A DNA stretch of 64,000 nt from Candidatus Yanofskybacteria bacterium (GTDB lineage Bacteria; Patescibacteriota; Minisyncoccia; 2-02-FULL-40-12; GWA2-44-9). Of the stretch, positions 18,281 through 27,061 are shown in pieces. Position 1 is the stretch's first letter. Each line of letters opens with the position of its first letter. Below the pieces are notes generated by a model. It was given only the letters and a program-made list of their open reading frames with translations, searched no databases and was not told where the DNA came from. The translations under genes were made by a program, and so were the position numbers. Location: the NCBI GenBank assembly GCA_016181045.1, contig JACPAB010000003.1, forward strand, positions 7,652 to 71,651, read 5' to 3'.

Positions 18281-18496
18281 ATGAAAACTATTTCTATTCC
18301 AAAAACTATGGCAAAAGAAGAGTTGCTTCTCCTGACTCGCAAAGAATACGACCAGCTTTTGGATACTATAAGGAAAATAGAAAAAAAAGCAGAACTAGAC
18401 CCCGACTTACAAGAAGCAATCAAAGAAATTAAAAAGGGCAAACTTATAGGGCCGTTTACTTCTATTAAAGAATTGCGATTGTCTCTGGCAAAATGA
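18281..18496 (+). CDS. Putative type II antitoxin
   Basis: 71-aa ORF overlapping the toxin start by 4 nt (ATGA), which is typical TA architecture. Confidence 0.6.
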   Translation: MKTISIPKTMAKEELLLLTRKEYDQLLDTIRKIEKKAELDPDLQEAIKEIKKGKLIGPFTSIKELRLSLAK

Positions 18497-18738
18497 AAAT
18501 ATTTTATACTCCTAAATTCAAGAGGAGTTTTGATAATTTCCCAAAACATATTAGAGACACGTTCTATAAACAGACAACTCACTTACTAAAAAACATAAGG
18601 CACCCATCTCTTAAAGCCAAGAAATACAGTGAGAAGTTGGATATTTGGCAGGCAAGGATAGATAAGTCTGTCCGGCTTTACTTTTTGATTGAGAAAGACA
18701 GGTACATCTTGCTTGATATTAAAAAACATTCAAAGTAG
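18493..18738 (+). CDS. RelE/ParE-family type II toxin
   Basis: 81 aa with a C-terminal pattern IWQARIDKSVRLYFLIEKDRYILLDIKKH typical of the RelE/ParE fold. Confidence 0.7.
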   Translation: MKIFYTPKFKRSFDNFPKHIRDTFYKQTTHLLKNIRHPSLKAKKYSEKLDIWQARIDKSVRLYFLIEKDRYILLDIKKHSK

Positions 18739-18769
18739 CTCCACTTTTTTGGTTGATTGTGGGAGCGCC

Positions 18770-18882
18770 AGTGAACGGCCCGACAATTTTTACCTCGGTC
18801 TCGATAAATCCCGTACGAAGCAGAGACACGTTGCGGGTCCTCCGGCTTTGTTCGGGATGAATTGTGGGATTTGAAAACGCCT
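18770..18882 (-). pseudogene. Relic duplicate of the prgI 5' end
   Basis: About 60 nt match 18108-18169 (gtgaacggcccgacaatttt...tcgataaa...ttgtgg(a/g)atttgaaa). The start codon has become AGG and a 47-nt hairpin repeat (18810-18856) splits the copy. Confidence 0.7.
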
Positions 18883-18883
18883 T

Positions 18884-19438
18884 TTATTTTTGGTTTCTTA
18901 GGTCGACGACATTTCCGGGGCTGACCGGAGGTTCCTGGTTTCTTAGCGGGGGCGGGATATATTGAGGTGGGCCGGATCTTACGGGGGGTCTATATTGTTG
19001 GGGCGGCTCTAAAGATTTTTGAGGAGATAACCCTTTTTGCATATTTTTGAGATCCCCTATTACTGAAGCGAATAACTCGTTTACAATTTTACTCTGTATT
19101 TGATACGCAACCGCGGAGTCGATTCCCAAATTCTCGGAGATCTTGCCGGCCATCTCGTTTATCGAAATATCGCCAAGAAGGACGTCTCGGATTATTCGGG
19201 TCGCCTCTGCTTTCTGGTCTTTGTTCAGGCCGAAGCTTGGGCCCAAATTTTCTTCGATGAACTCTGCGGTCGAAGGATCCATCAAAATGTTCCTGACGGA
19301 CTCTGGCAGAGCGAGAACTCTGTTTGTATATTCTGTAAAGAAATTCTTGGGCTTGGAACCAAAAAGATCCACGTTGAATGGCGTTGCGTAACTTGAACCT
19401 TCTCCCATGCCTTCTTGTTCGTTTAGAATTTCGTCCAT
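18884..19438 (-). CDS. Hypothetical protein with a proline-rich C-terminus (T4SS-like cluster)
   Basis: 184-aa ORF with no recognisable motif. Called from position and coding-like composition. Confidence 0.5.
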   Translation of the reverse strand: MDEILNEQEGMGEGSSYATPFNVDLFGSKPKNFFTEYTNRVLALPESVRNILMDPSTAEFIEENLGPSFGLNKDQKAEATRIIRDVLLGDISINEMAGKISENLGIDSAVAYQIQSKIVNELFASVIGDLKNMQKGLSPQKSLEPPQQYRPPVRSGPPQYIPPPLRNQEPPVSPGNVVDLRNQK

Positions 19439-19454
19439 ATCAATTTACCGTCTG

Positions 19455-21590
19455 TTATAGTGGTGGCGTCGGCGTGGTTGGAGGAATCCTTCCTCCCGGC
19501 ATAGTTCCTGTGGTAGTAGGACTACTCAATATTTCAGTGTGCAAGATCTCGATCTTCCTGTCGCCACCAGGAGTGTCAAGCAATGTTCTTTCTAAACGCT
19601 GAACATAATTAGTTCTGGCCCGGCCCCTTAACTGTGAAATATAAAGTTTCAGGGCTTCTCTGAATTCAGGGCTGGTTTCCCAAGTATCCTTTTTAATATT
19701 GGCCGTGTCTTTCATGTCACCACTCTTTAGAAAACCGCCGAACATGTGAGTTTTTAATTGGAACTCGTTTGCCGGAGGAGCACCGTAGGCCTTATCAAAA
19801 CCTTCTTCCGCCTCTCTCCTAAGGTCTGGGTTGCGAGTTCTATCGGAATTATAACCTACAGCAAAGCTGGGATTTATCTTTCCCAGTTCTTTCAAAAAGT
19901 TCCGACCCTCTGCGGTGGTGTGTCCGCCAAAGACGCCTATCCCGGCCTCAATTTGATTGTCTTCCAGTCCCGACATCGCTTTCTTGTCGGTCAAAACGTA
20001 CCTGAACATTTCTCTTCGGGCAGCAACGGCACCCTTTAAGGAGCTGTAATCGTAACCAGGTCCGCTTTCAGCTGCAGCCATTCTTGCCAAATCCTTGCCT
20101 TTCATCTTTGAGAACTTTGCTTCTTTTGCTGTTTTGGCGAAGTCCTCGGCGGCTAATGGATTCTGGGATAATTGCGTCAAAGTTGAGGTGAATAGGTCGT
20201 TATCCAATTGGCCTATCTTTGCGGCTAACTTTCTATAAGCAAACCCTCTGGGGTCAGTAGAGCCCAACTGCTTGGCCCTTCGGACCACTTCAGCTTCATC
20301 TATCTTTCCGTTTTGATACTCTCTTTCAAAGTCCTGAAAGTTCTTACCGGCCAGGTCGACAAAAGCTTTTTGGGTTCTTACCTCCGCTCCCCTAACTCCG
20401 AATCTTTGGGCAAAGCGGCTGGTCTGCTGTTCCAGCCCGAACTTGCCGCCATAAAATATCCCCGCTTTTCCGGGCAGGCCTTCTTCCTTAATCTGTTCCA
20501 ATCTCTGTTTGGCAGCTGCCCCAGCCGCTGTTAACCATAATCTTCTTGCTGCCACGCCTCGCGACCACTTGGCTACAGTCACAACTCCGGTGCCGGAGAA
20601 CATTGATGCTTTCATTGCCGTGATCGTGCCTCCGATGAGAAATATGGCCGTCAGGACATAAAAGAATAAGAGCTGAAAACTGAACGGCAGATCGGAGGTG
20701 GGTTTGGCGCTGGACAGGTTCGCCGCTATCTTTTGAATAACGTCACCCTGGCTTTGAAGGAAATAAAGGCCGAAATACAGAAAGAAAAGAAATATCGGCA
20801 GGAACATATTCCAGCCGATAAATAAACTCCACCATTTTTTGTAAGTTCCCTGGCCAGCCGGAAATATGTTAAGCATCCAGGCCATCGGCGATACAACCAA
20901 CAACGCCCAGAGTATCGGAATTCTTATCATGGCGAAAATAAAAGCGGTCAATAAGCTGAAAAGGAATGTGAAAAGCAAGACCACGGAAAATAGCAAACTG
21001 ACAAGAGTACCGAAGACCACACTGTCGATCGCGACTCCGGTTGAGACATCCGATATACTGCCTGCTGCGGGCAGTAGCTTGGCGGGATTAAGTTCTTGTC
21101 CAAGGCGCAGGGACATGTCCCCGATTGATACCAGGAAAGTGTTTGTGAGCACCTGCGACGCGTCGATGACCAGAACTCCCAACACCAAGCTGAAGTTGAT
21201 GAGCAGGGCGGATATCAAGAATTTTGGGAACAGGGTTCTTGCCTCGTATTTGGTGATATTAAAGATAGTCGCGAAGGCCATGACTATCAATGCTACAATG
21301 AAGAACATGTTGGCGAAATTCCTCATTATCTTCCAACTCTCGTCCACTACCGGTATCCCGCCGTCAGGATAAACCGGGATATGGATGACCCAGTTCAGCG
21401 CAACGGCAAGTACGCCGATGACTTTTCCGACCAGAGTGAATATGACGAACAAGACATTGGCGAACACGGCCTCAAAAGCCCAATCGGTCAGCCAATTGGC
21501 TTTAGCTTCGTGGGTTGGTAGTAAAACCAAAGCAATCACGAAAATAATCGCTAAATAACATTTCCGGTATTTTTTAAAATTTCTTGACAT
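19455..21590 (-). CDS. TrbL/VirB6-like polytopic membrane protein with a long C-terminal soluble extension
   Basis: Signal/TM N-terminus, 6 or more TM helices over ~350 aa, then a ~350-aa hydrophilic tail. Start trimmed to MSRNFKKY (21590). Confidence 0.6.
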   Translation of the reverse strand: MSRNFKKYRKCYLAIIFVIALVLLPTHEAKANWLTDWAFEAVFANVLFVIFTLVGKVIGVLAVALNWVIHIPVYPDGGIPVVDESWKIMRNFANMFFIVALIVMAFATIFNITKYEARTLFPKFLISALLINFSLVLGVLVIDASQVLTNTFLVSIGDMSLRLGQELNPAKLLPAAGSISDVSTGVAIDSVVFGTLVSLLFSVVLLFTFLFSLLTAFIFAMIRIPILWALLVVSPMAWMLNIFPAGQGTYKKWWSLFIGWNMFLPIFLFFLYFGLYFLQSQGDVIQKIAANLSSAKPTSDLPFSFQLLFFYVLTAIFLIGGTITAMKASMFSGTGVVTVAKWSRGVAARRLWLTAAGAAAKQRLEQIKEEGLPGKAGIFYGGKFGLEQQTSRFAQRFGVRGAEVRTQKAFVDLAGKNFQDFEREYQNGKIDEAEVVRRAKQLGSTDPRGFAYRKLAAKIGQLDNDLFTSTLTQLSQNPLAAEDFAKTAKEAKFSKMKGKDLARMAAAESGPGYDYSSLKGAVAARREMFRYVLTDKKAMSGLEDNQIEAGIGVFGGHTTAEGRNFLKELGKINPSFAVGYNSDRTRNPDLRREAEEGFDKAYGAPPANEFQLKTHMFGGFLKSGDMKDTANIKKDTWETSPEFREALKLYISQLRGRARTNYVQRLERTLLDTPGGDRKIEILHTEILSSPTTTGTMPGGRIPPTTPTPPL

Positions 21591-21592
21591 TT

Positions 21593-23068
21593 TTACGGCT
21601 GAACCGGCGCTAACCACCGGGAAGTTTCTACTGAGCCGACTAAACTCCATGTTGGAGTTGCGGCGCCGTCCGAATCGATCAAAACGTCATAATGCAACCC
21701 GCTTGGTTTGTGGAAAAGTATGTCGCAAGAGACCGGGCCAGAAGCGAATGGGCAATTAGTTCCGCCGGGTTTGCTCAACAACCCCCAGCCATTGGAACTA
21801 TTTTTCCAGGCCACGGCGTTAAGAAAACTGGCCAATTGAGCCGGGGTCATCGGAGTGCCATAGTTTCCCCTTTCGGCTTGCACATCTGAAAGCAGAGAGC
21901 CCGGTTCTCCACCCGGTGGTGAGGGATTTGGTTCTGAAGGAGGCGGCTCTTCCACTGGATCTTCCGGATCCGGCAATCCACCATAGTTCCCTCCCTGATA
22001 CTCTCCCACTATTTCAATTGGAGCTTCTTTGTCGGGAGCCCTCAGGTCTTTTAAGCGGCTAACCAATCTCTCGCTTATGTCAACGAGTAGTTCATTCAGC
22101 TCATCAGAACTGACCACCCACTCAAGCTCTTTTTCTACTGTCGTCGAGACGGAGTCGCCTATCGTGCTTCCAGGGGTCTTAATGTCGTTGTAGATAAGGC
22201 ATTTTCCGTTCAGATCTCTTGTTTTGCAGGATGAGGCAGCATTTTTTCCGTCACCGCTTATGGATAAATATCCCCGTCCAGCCAGGGCTTGATTTAAGTC
22301 GGACGATTTTTCTATATTTCTTTGCTTGTTTGCTTCGTCTAAAGAACCAAACAGAGTTCCGTAATAATTATTTTGGGGCTCCAGTAATCTTGACCAGGCC
22401 TCCCAGCCCCCGTTCCCGGCAAAGTCGCTCTGGTAACTGGCCATATTAAAACTGGACGGCAAGGTGCAGTTGACACGCAAAGAAAACGGGTCTAAGCTTC
22501 CGGTTCGTGTATTCGCATCCTTCAATGACGTCTTGCCCCTAACCCCAAAAGTATTTTTAAGATCTTGTTCGAAATAGTCACACATCTTAGTATTTGACAG
22601 CTCTGCCCTGAATATATTCTCACCTCTGTATTCGGCATTGGTTTCAAAATTGCGCCAGTTTTTTATCCAGGTCTCTCCTCCATCTCTTCCGCCTTCTCTG
22701 ACTAAAGCCAAAACCCCGTTGACGCTTTTGTCAAAAATTCCCCTGGAGATGCATCTGGCCACCGGATCGTAAATGAATTCTTTCGCTGTATCTTGTGATG
22801 TTGCCGAATCTTCAACCTTATCCGGTGTACTACATCCAAACGCGCCGCCGGTAAAAAATGAGACAGCGGCGCAAGCAGCAGCTCTTATAACCGCTTTCAA
22901 GAATTTCCTGATTGCTTCGCCAATATCCCTCAAGATATTTCTCAAAGCATTTTTAATAGCGCACTTTGGGGCGCCTGCGATCTCACTCAAAGAAGCCATT
23001 GCAACATAAGGGAGAATAAGGCCGAGTATGATCAACAAGCAAACAGTTGTTTTAAAAGCATGGGTCAT
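21593..23068 (-). CDS. Secreted cysteine-rich protein of unknown function (T4SS-like cluster)
   Basis: N-terminal signal/TM, a proline-rich linker (EEPPPSEPNPSPPGGEPG), and a C-terminal ~100-aa domain. Confidence 0.55.
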   Translation of the reverse strand: MTHAFKTTVCLLIILGLILPYVAMASLSEIAGAPKCAIKNALRNILRDIGEAIRKFLKAVIRAAACAAVSFFTGGAFGCSTPDKVEDSATSQDTAKEFIYDPVARCISRGIFDKSVNGVLALVREGGRDGGETWIKNWRNFETNAEYRGENIFRAELSNTKMCDYFEQDLKNTFGVRGKTSLKDANTRTGSLDPFSLRVNCTLPSSFNMASYQSDFAGNGGWEAWSRLLEPQNNYYGTLFGSLDEANKQRNIEKSSDLNQALAGRGYLSISGDGKNAASSCKTRDLNGKCLIYNDIKTPGSTIGDSVSTTVEKELEWVVSSDELNELLVDISERLVSRLKDLRAPDKEAPIEIVGEYQGGNYGGLPDPEDPVEEPPPSEPNPSPPGGEPGSLLSDVQAERGNYGTPMTPAQLASFLNAVAWKNSSNGWGLLSKPGGTNCPFASGPVSCDILFHKPSGLHYDVLIDSDGAATPTWSLVGSVETSRWLAPVQP

Positions 23069-23985
23069 TGCGTCGACAGAGAGTTTGTAATGCTTGTGGC
23101 AAAATCAGCGACTATTTCGGGTAGTCGGTTAATATAAAGATTTACCAGAGCGTTAAAGGCAATAAGAGATTGAACCGGATCGTCCTCAACCCTGTTCAGG
23201 AGAATATAATTTTTTTTGATACTTTCAAAAAAAATGGCTAATTTCATGTGATGATCGGTGAACTTTTTAGGCACGCTCATCTTCTGCAGATTTTCAATTT
23301 GGCTATTTATTTGAATAATTTCCTGCTCTATGTAGTTGACGCTTTTTTGGCGCAGTTCGGGGTTACCGGTCAAGGTTGAGATGTTTGACAAATCGACATC
23401 GCCCATCAAGTCCGTCAATTCAATGAATCTATCCAGGTCTCTTATTGTTGAAGATTCCAAGTACGGGAAAATATCTGACGTGTATTTTTTTATATTTTCG
23501 GGGGTATTTTCAACGATTTGCGGCGAGCTTAGTTTGAGAGACGAATTTATTTCTGACTGCCGGAAAATTTCGTCAACAACCATATTCAAGGAGTTGGTAT
23601 AATTAGGACTGCTTGATTTTAAGGAGCCCTCTACTAATCCTCCCAGAGTAAGGTTCGATAATTGTTTTGTAACATTATTGTTGATTAGCAGATCGTCTGG
23701 ACCCGGCTTTAAGGGGTCGTGTCCCGATGCCACTTCTTCTCCGTCAAGAAACCCATCCCCGTCAGTATCGGGGTTTTGAAAGTCGGTATTCCAATAGGAT
23801 TCTTCGCGGTTCGATAAGCCGTCCTTATCTGTATCCGGGTCAACCTCAAAAGACAGAGTGCCCTTAAGTATATTCGCGGTTTTTACAACCGGAGAAGATG
23901 ACCTGAAAGAATCAATAAGAGTAAAAACCGAAAACAAAGCAATCAATGCCAAAAAACCGACAAAAACTTTGATTTTATTTACCAT
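23065..23985 (-). CDS. Membrane-anchored protein with thrombospondin type-3-like calcium-binding repeats
   Basis: N-terminal TM helix and DxDxDG-type repeats (DPDTDKDGLSNREE, NPDTDGDGFLDGEE). Confidence 0.6.
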   Translation of the reverse strand: MVNKIKVFVGFLALIALFSVFTLIDSFRSSSPVVKTANILKGTLSFEVDPDTDKDGLSNREESYWNTDFQNPDTDGDGFLDGEEVASGHDPLKPGPDDLLINNNVTKQLSNLTLGGLVEGSLKSSSPNYTNSLNMVVDEIFRQSEINSSLKLSSPQIVENTPENIKKYTSDIFPYLESSTIRDLDRFIELTDLMGDVDLSNISTLTGNPELRQKSVNYIEQEIIQINSQIENLQKMSVPKKFTDHHMKLAIFFESIKKNYILLNRVEDDPVQSLIAFNALVNLYINRLPEIVADFATSITNSLSTQ

Positions 23986-24019
23986 TTATATGCCTAAAGC
24001 ATACCACTTATAATTACAT

Positions 24020-24829
24020 TTAGCTTGTTGATATTAAGGTTGTCAATTTTAGCCAGCTTTCTACTGATAATTCTTCTGGCCTTGAGTCTGGATTTACCCT
24101 CAATTCATTAAGTATTTCCACAGTTTTTTCTTTTGACGCAAAAATTCTAACCAACGTGTTTTTGAGTTGCTTTCTTTTCCCAGAAAAACCGGCTTTAATT
24201 ATTTTGAAAAACAGGTCTTTGTCTGTCGGCATATCTTTTTTGGGAACAATCCTTATTATCGCCGAATCGACTTTGGGTATCGGTCTAAAACTGCCTTTGG
24301 ATACATAGCCGATGATTGTTGGACTGGAATAAAACTGCACGGATAGTGCAAGCAGGTTCATATGCGGCGGCTTGGCCACGATCCTTTGAGCCACTTCTTT
24401 TTGAACAGTCAGAACTATTAATTTTGGTTTCGGCCATTTTTCAAAAACAGTTCGCAGAAAATTGGACGTAATGTAATAAGGAATATTACCGATTACTTTG
24501 TAATCGCAATTTTCAATTTTCAATTTACAATTTTCAAACAATTTTTTAATATCTAATTTCAAAATGTCTCCTTCAACAATCTTTACATTAGAATTGTGGA
24601 ATTTATCTTTAAGTTCTTCAATAAGCCGGCGGTCCTTTTCTACGGCGATAATCCGCTTCGCTTTTTCGGAAAGTTTCCGCGTTAAATTTCCAGTTCCCGG
24701 GCCTATCTCCACTACCGTATCTTCCGGCCCCACCTCTGCGGTCCCGATGATCTTATCCAAAATACCCTGATTGATCAGGAAATTCTGGCCAAGCGACTTT
24801 TTGGGTTTAATATTTGATAATTTTTTCAT
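24020..24829 (-). CDS. rsmA: 16S rRNA (adenine1518/1519-N6)-dimethyltransferase RsmA/KsgA
   Basis: KKSLGQNFL, VVEIGPGTGNLT and GNIPYYITS motifs. Start trimmed to MKKLSNIK. Confidence 0.92.
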   Translation of the reverse strand: MKKLSNIKPKKSLGQNFLINQGILDKIIGTAEVGPEDTVVEIGPGTGNLTRKLSEKAKRIIAVEKDRRLIEELKDKFHNSNVKIVEGDILKLDIKKLFENCKLKIENCDYKVIGNIPYYITSNFLRTVFEKWPKPKLIVLTVQKEVAQRIVAKPPHMNLLALSVQFYSSPTIIGYVSKGSFRPIPKVDSAIIRIVPKKDMPTDKDLFFKIIKAGFSGKRKQLKNTLVRIFASKEKTVEILNELRVNPDSRPEELSVESWLKLTTLISTS

Positions 24830-26855
24830 CGTCATCTGTGTAAAAGTTTGACATGGATGTTCTGACATCCAAAACATTGCCGGGCATCTCGCCTATGAAT
24901 CTGGAAGGCAGATTCGCTTCGGTAGAACCGAAAATGTGCCGGTATTTGGCATAAGATATGTGAAGTTTCTTTTTTGCCCTGGTTATGGCCACGTAGCAGA
25001 GGCGTCTTTCCTCCTCCAGCTCTTTTGGGTCAATAAGCGACCTTGAATGAGGGAAAAGCCCCTCTTCCATTCCGGCGATGAATACGATCGGGAACTCCAA
25101 ACCTTTTGACGAATGCGCCGTCATTAACACAACCCTGTTGTTGATATTTTTAAGATTGCCTGCCCCGTACCAACCCCGCCCCTTTTCTGAATGGCGGTCA
25201 GCGGAAGAGATTGGTGTGGGGTCGGCGTCTTGTAGCAGAGCTATCTCTTCCAAGAATATAGCAATCCCATCTCCGTTTTTGAGCGAGTCGTGTTTCTTGG
25301 CGACGGTCAGCAGTTCTTTTATGTTCTCTATCCTGTCTTGGACGGTATCGGCGACACCTGATTTTTTAAATGTGTTTAAAAGATAGTCCTCATAGTTGGT
25401 TTTTCGGACTATGTACTTAATAAGTTCGGTAAGCTTTACGGACTTTTTGGAATTTAGATCTTTGAGTAGTTTGGCCAGTTCTTCAAGGCCGGGACCCTGT
25501 CTCGAACCCTTCATTTCCGCAGCCAGTGCCGCTACGGCCGATATAAGATTTGTCTCCTCGGTCTTTACTATTTTTTGAAAAGTGCTCGAGCCGATGCCGC
25601 GTGGCGGCAGGTTGTATATCCTTTCGAAACTCACGACATCGGAAGGGTTCGAGACCACTTTAAGATAGGCCAGCATGTCTTTTATCTCTCTTCTTTCGTA
25701 AAATTTGATGCCCCCGACTATCTGATACGGGAACCCTCTTGTGATCAACGCCTCTTCGATGGCTCTGGATTGGGCATGGGTCCGGTAAAGAATGGCGAAG
25801 TCGTTTATTTTATACCCCTGCGTGGTCAGGTCTTCCATCGTTTCGATTATAAAACCGGCCTCGTCACGTTCGTTCAAGGCCTCCCTGATTAAAATTTTCT
25901 CCCCGTGGTCATTCTCGGTCCAGAGCTCTTTGGGCACCTGGCTTTGGTTATTGGATATGACGTTCTGGGCGGCGGCGAGGATATTCTTGGTGGACCGGTA
26001 ATTCTGTTCCAAAAATATTACTTTGGCATCGGGGTAGTCCTTTTGGAAGTTCAAGATGTTCTTTATGTCGGCGTCGCGGAACATGTAGATACTTTGCGCA
26101 TCATCACCAATGACGAATAGATTCTTATGTTTTTGAGCAAGAAGGGTCACCAGCTGATATTGGTCATGGCTGGTGTCCTGATATTCGTCGACAAGGATAT
26201 ATTTCCAGACGTTTTGATATTTCTCGAGGATGTCCGGGTTTTGTTTAAATATTTTAACGGTTAGAACTATCAAATCGTCAAAGTCCAATCCGTTCATTTT
26301 TTTCAGCTCGGTTTGGTATTTCCCGTAAACTCTCGCCACGACTTTGGAGAAAAAATCATCGGGCTCAAATTTCTCCGGAAAAATAAGATTTGTTTTTAGC
26401 CGCGATATTTTAGCAAGTATTGCCCGGGGGTTGAATTTCTTGGGGTCTATTTCAAGATCACCCATGACCCTCTTGACGACTCCGGTCTGGTCGTCAGAAT
26501 CAAAAATCGTGAAGTTGCTGCCGTAACCGAGAACAGGTATCTCTCTCCTTAATATCCGGAGGCAGATGGAATGGAAAGTGCCCAGCATCGGCGTAGCCGA
26601 TGCAATTTTCAAATTCCGATTTTCAATTTTCAATAAATTATAAACCCTTTCTTTGATCTCGTTGGCGGCCTTATTGGTAAAAGTAATTCCGAGAATTTCA
26701 CAGGGTCTTATTCCTTGAGAAATTAAATAAGCTACCCGATGGGTCAAACAGCGGGTCTTGCCCGAACCCGGTCCTGAAATAACCAAAACAGGCCCCTCAA
26801 TGGCCCTTACCGCTTCAATCTGTTTGTCGTTTAAACCCTGGAAAATATTGTCCAT
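24807..26855 (-). CDS. pcrA: ATP-dependent DNA helicase PcrA/UvrD
   Basis: SF1 motifs GPGSGKT, VDEYQDT and TAHSSKGLEF. Start trimmed to MDNIFQGLNDKQ. Confidence 0.92.
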   Translation of the reverse strand: MDNIFQGLNDKQIEAVRAIEGPVLVISGPGSGKTRCLTHRVAYLISQGIRPCEILGITFTNKAANEIKERVYNLLKIENRNLKIASATPMLGTFHSICLRILRREIPVLGYGSNFTIFDSDDQTGVVKRVMGDLEIDPKKFNPRAILAKISRLKTNLIFPEKFEPDDFFSKVVARVYGKYQTELKKMNGLDFDDLIVLTVKIFKQNPDILEKYQNVWKYILVDEYQDTSHDQYQLVTLLAQKHKNLFVIGDDAQSIYMFRDADIKNILNFQKDYPDAKVIFLEQNYRSTKNILAAAQNVISNNQSQVPKELWTENDHGEKILIREALNERDEAGFIIETMEDLTTQGYKINDFAILYRTHAQSRAIEEALITRGFPYQIVGGIKFYERREIKDMLAYLKVVSNPSDVVSFERIYNLPPRGIGSSTFQKIVKTEETNLISAVAALAAEMKGSRQGPGLEELAKLLKDLNSKKSVKLTELIKYIVRKTNYEDYLLNTFKKSGVADTVQDRIENIKELLTVAKKHDSLKNGDGIAIFLEEIALLQDADPTPISSADRHSEKGRGWYGAGNLKNINNRVVLMTAHSSKGLEFPIVFIAGMEEGLFPHSRSLIDPKELEEERRLCYVAITRAKKKLHISYAKYRHIFGSTEANLPSRFIGEMPGNVLDVRTSMSNFYTDDDEKIIKY
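25163..25222 (+). repeat. 60-nt hairpin repeat inside pcrA (copy a)
   Basis: ccccgtaccaa...ttggtgtgggg. Homologous to 55574-55636. Confidence 0.7.
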
Positions 26856-26980
26856 TAAGCTAAAAATCTCAAGCAGTTGAGATTTTCTTAACGCTTGTGG
26901 ACCCGGCGGTAATCGAAACCGCGTCTCGGCAATGCGAATGCCGTGTATTGCCACTATACGACAGGCCCCAAAATCCAACT

Positions 26981-27056
26981 TGGTCGGGCTGCCGGGATTT
27001 GAACCCGGAAATTTCCTGAACCCGAATCAGGCGTGTTACCGTTACACTACAGCCCG
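26981..27056 (-). tRNA. tRNA-Pro(CGG), CCA encoded
   Basis: Hand-folded cloverleaf: acceptor CGGGCTG/CAGCCCG, anticodon loop TTCGGGT, T-arm CCGGG-TTCAAAT-CCCGG, 3' ACCA. Confidence 0.85.
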
Positions 27057-27061
27057 AAAAT

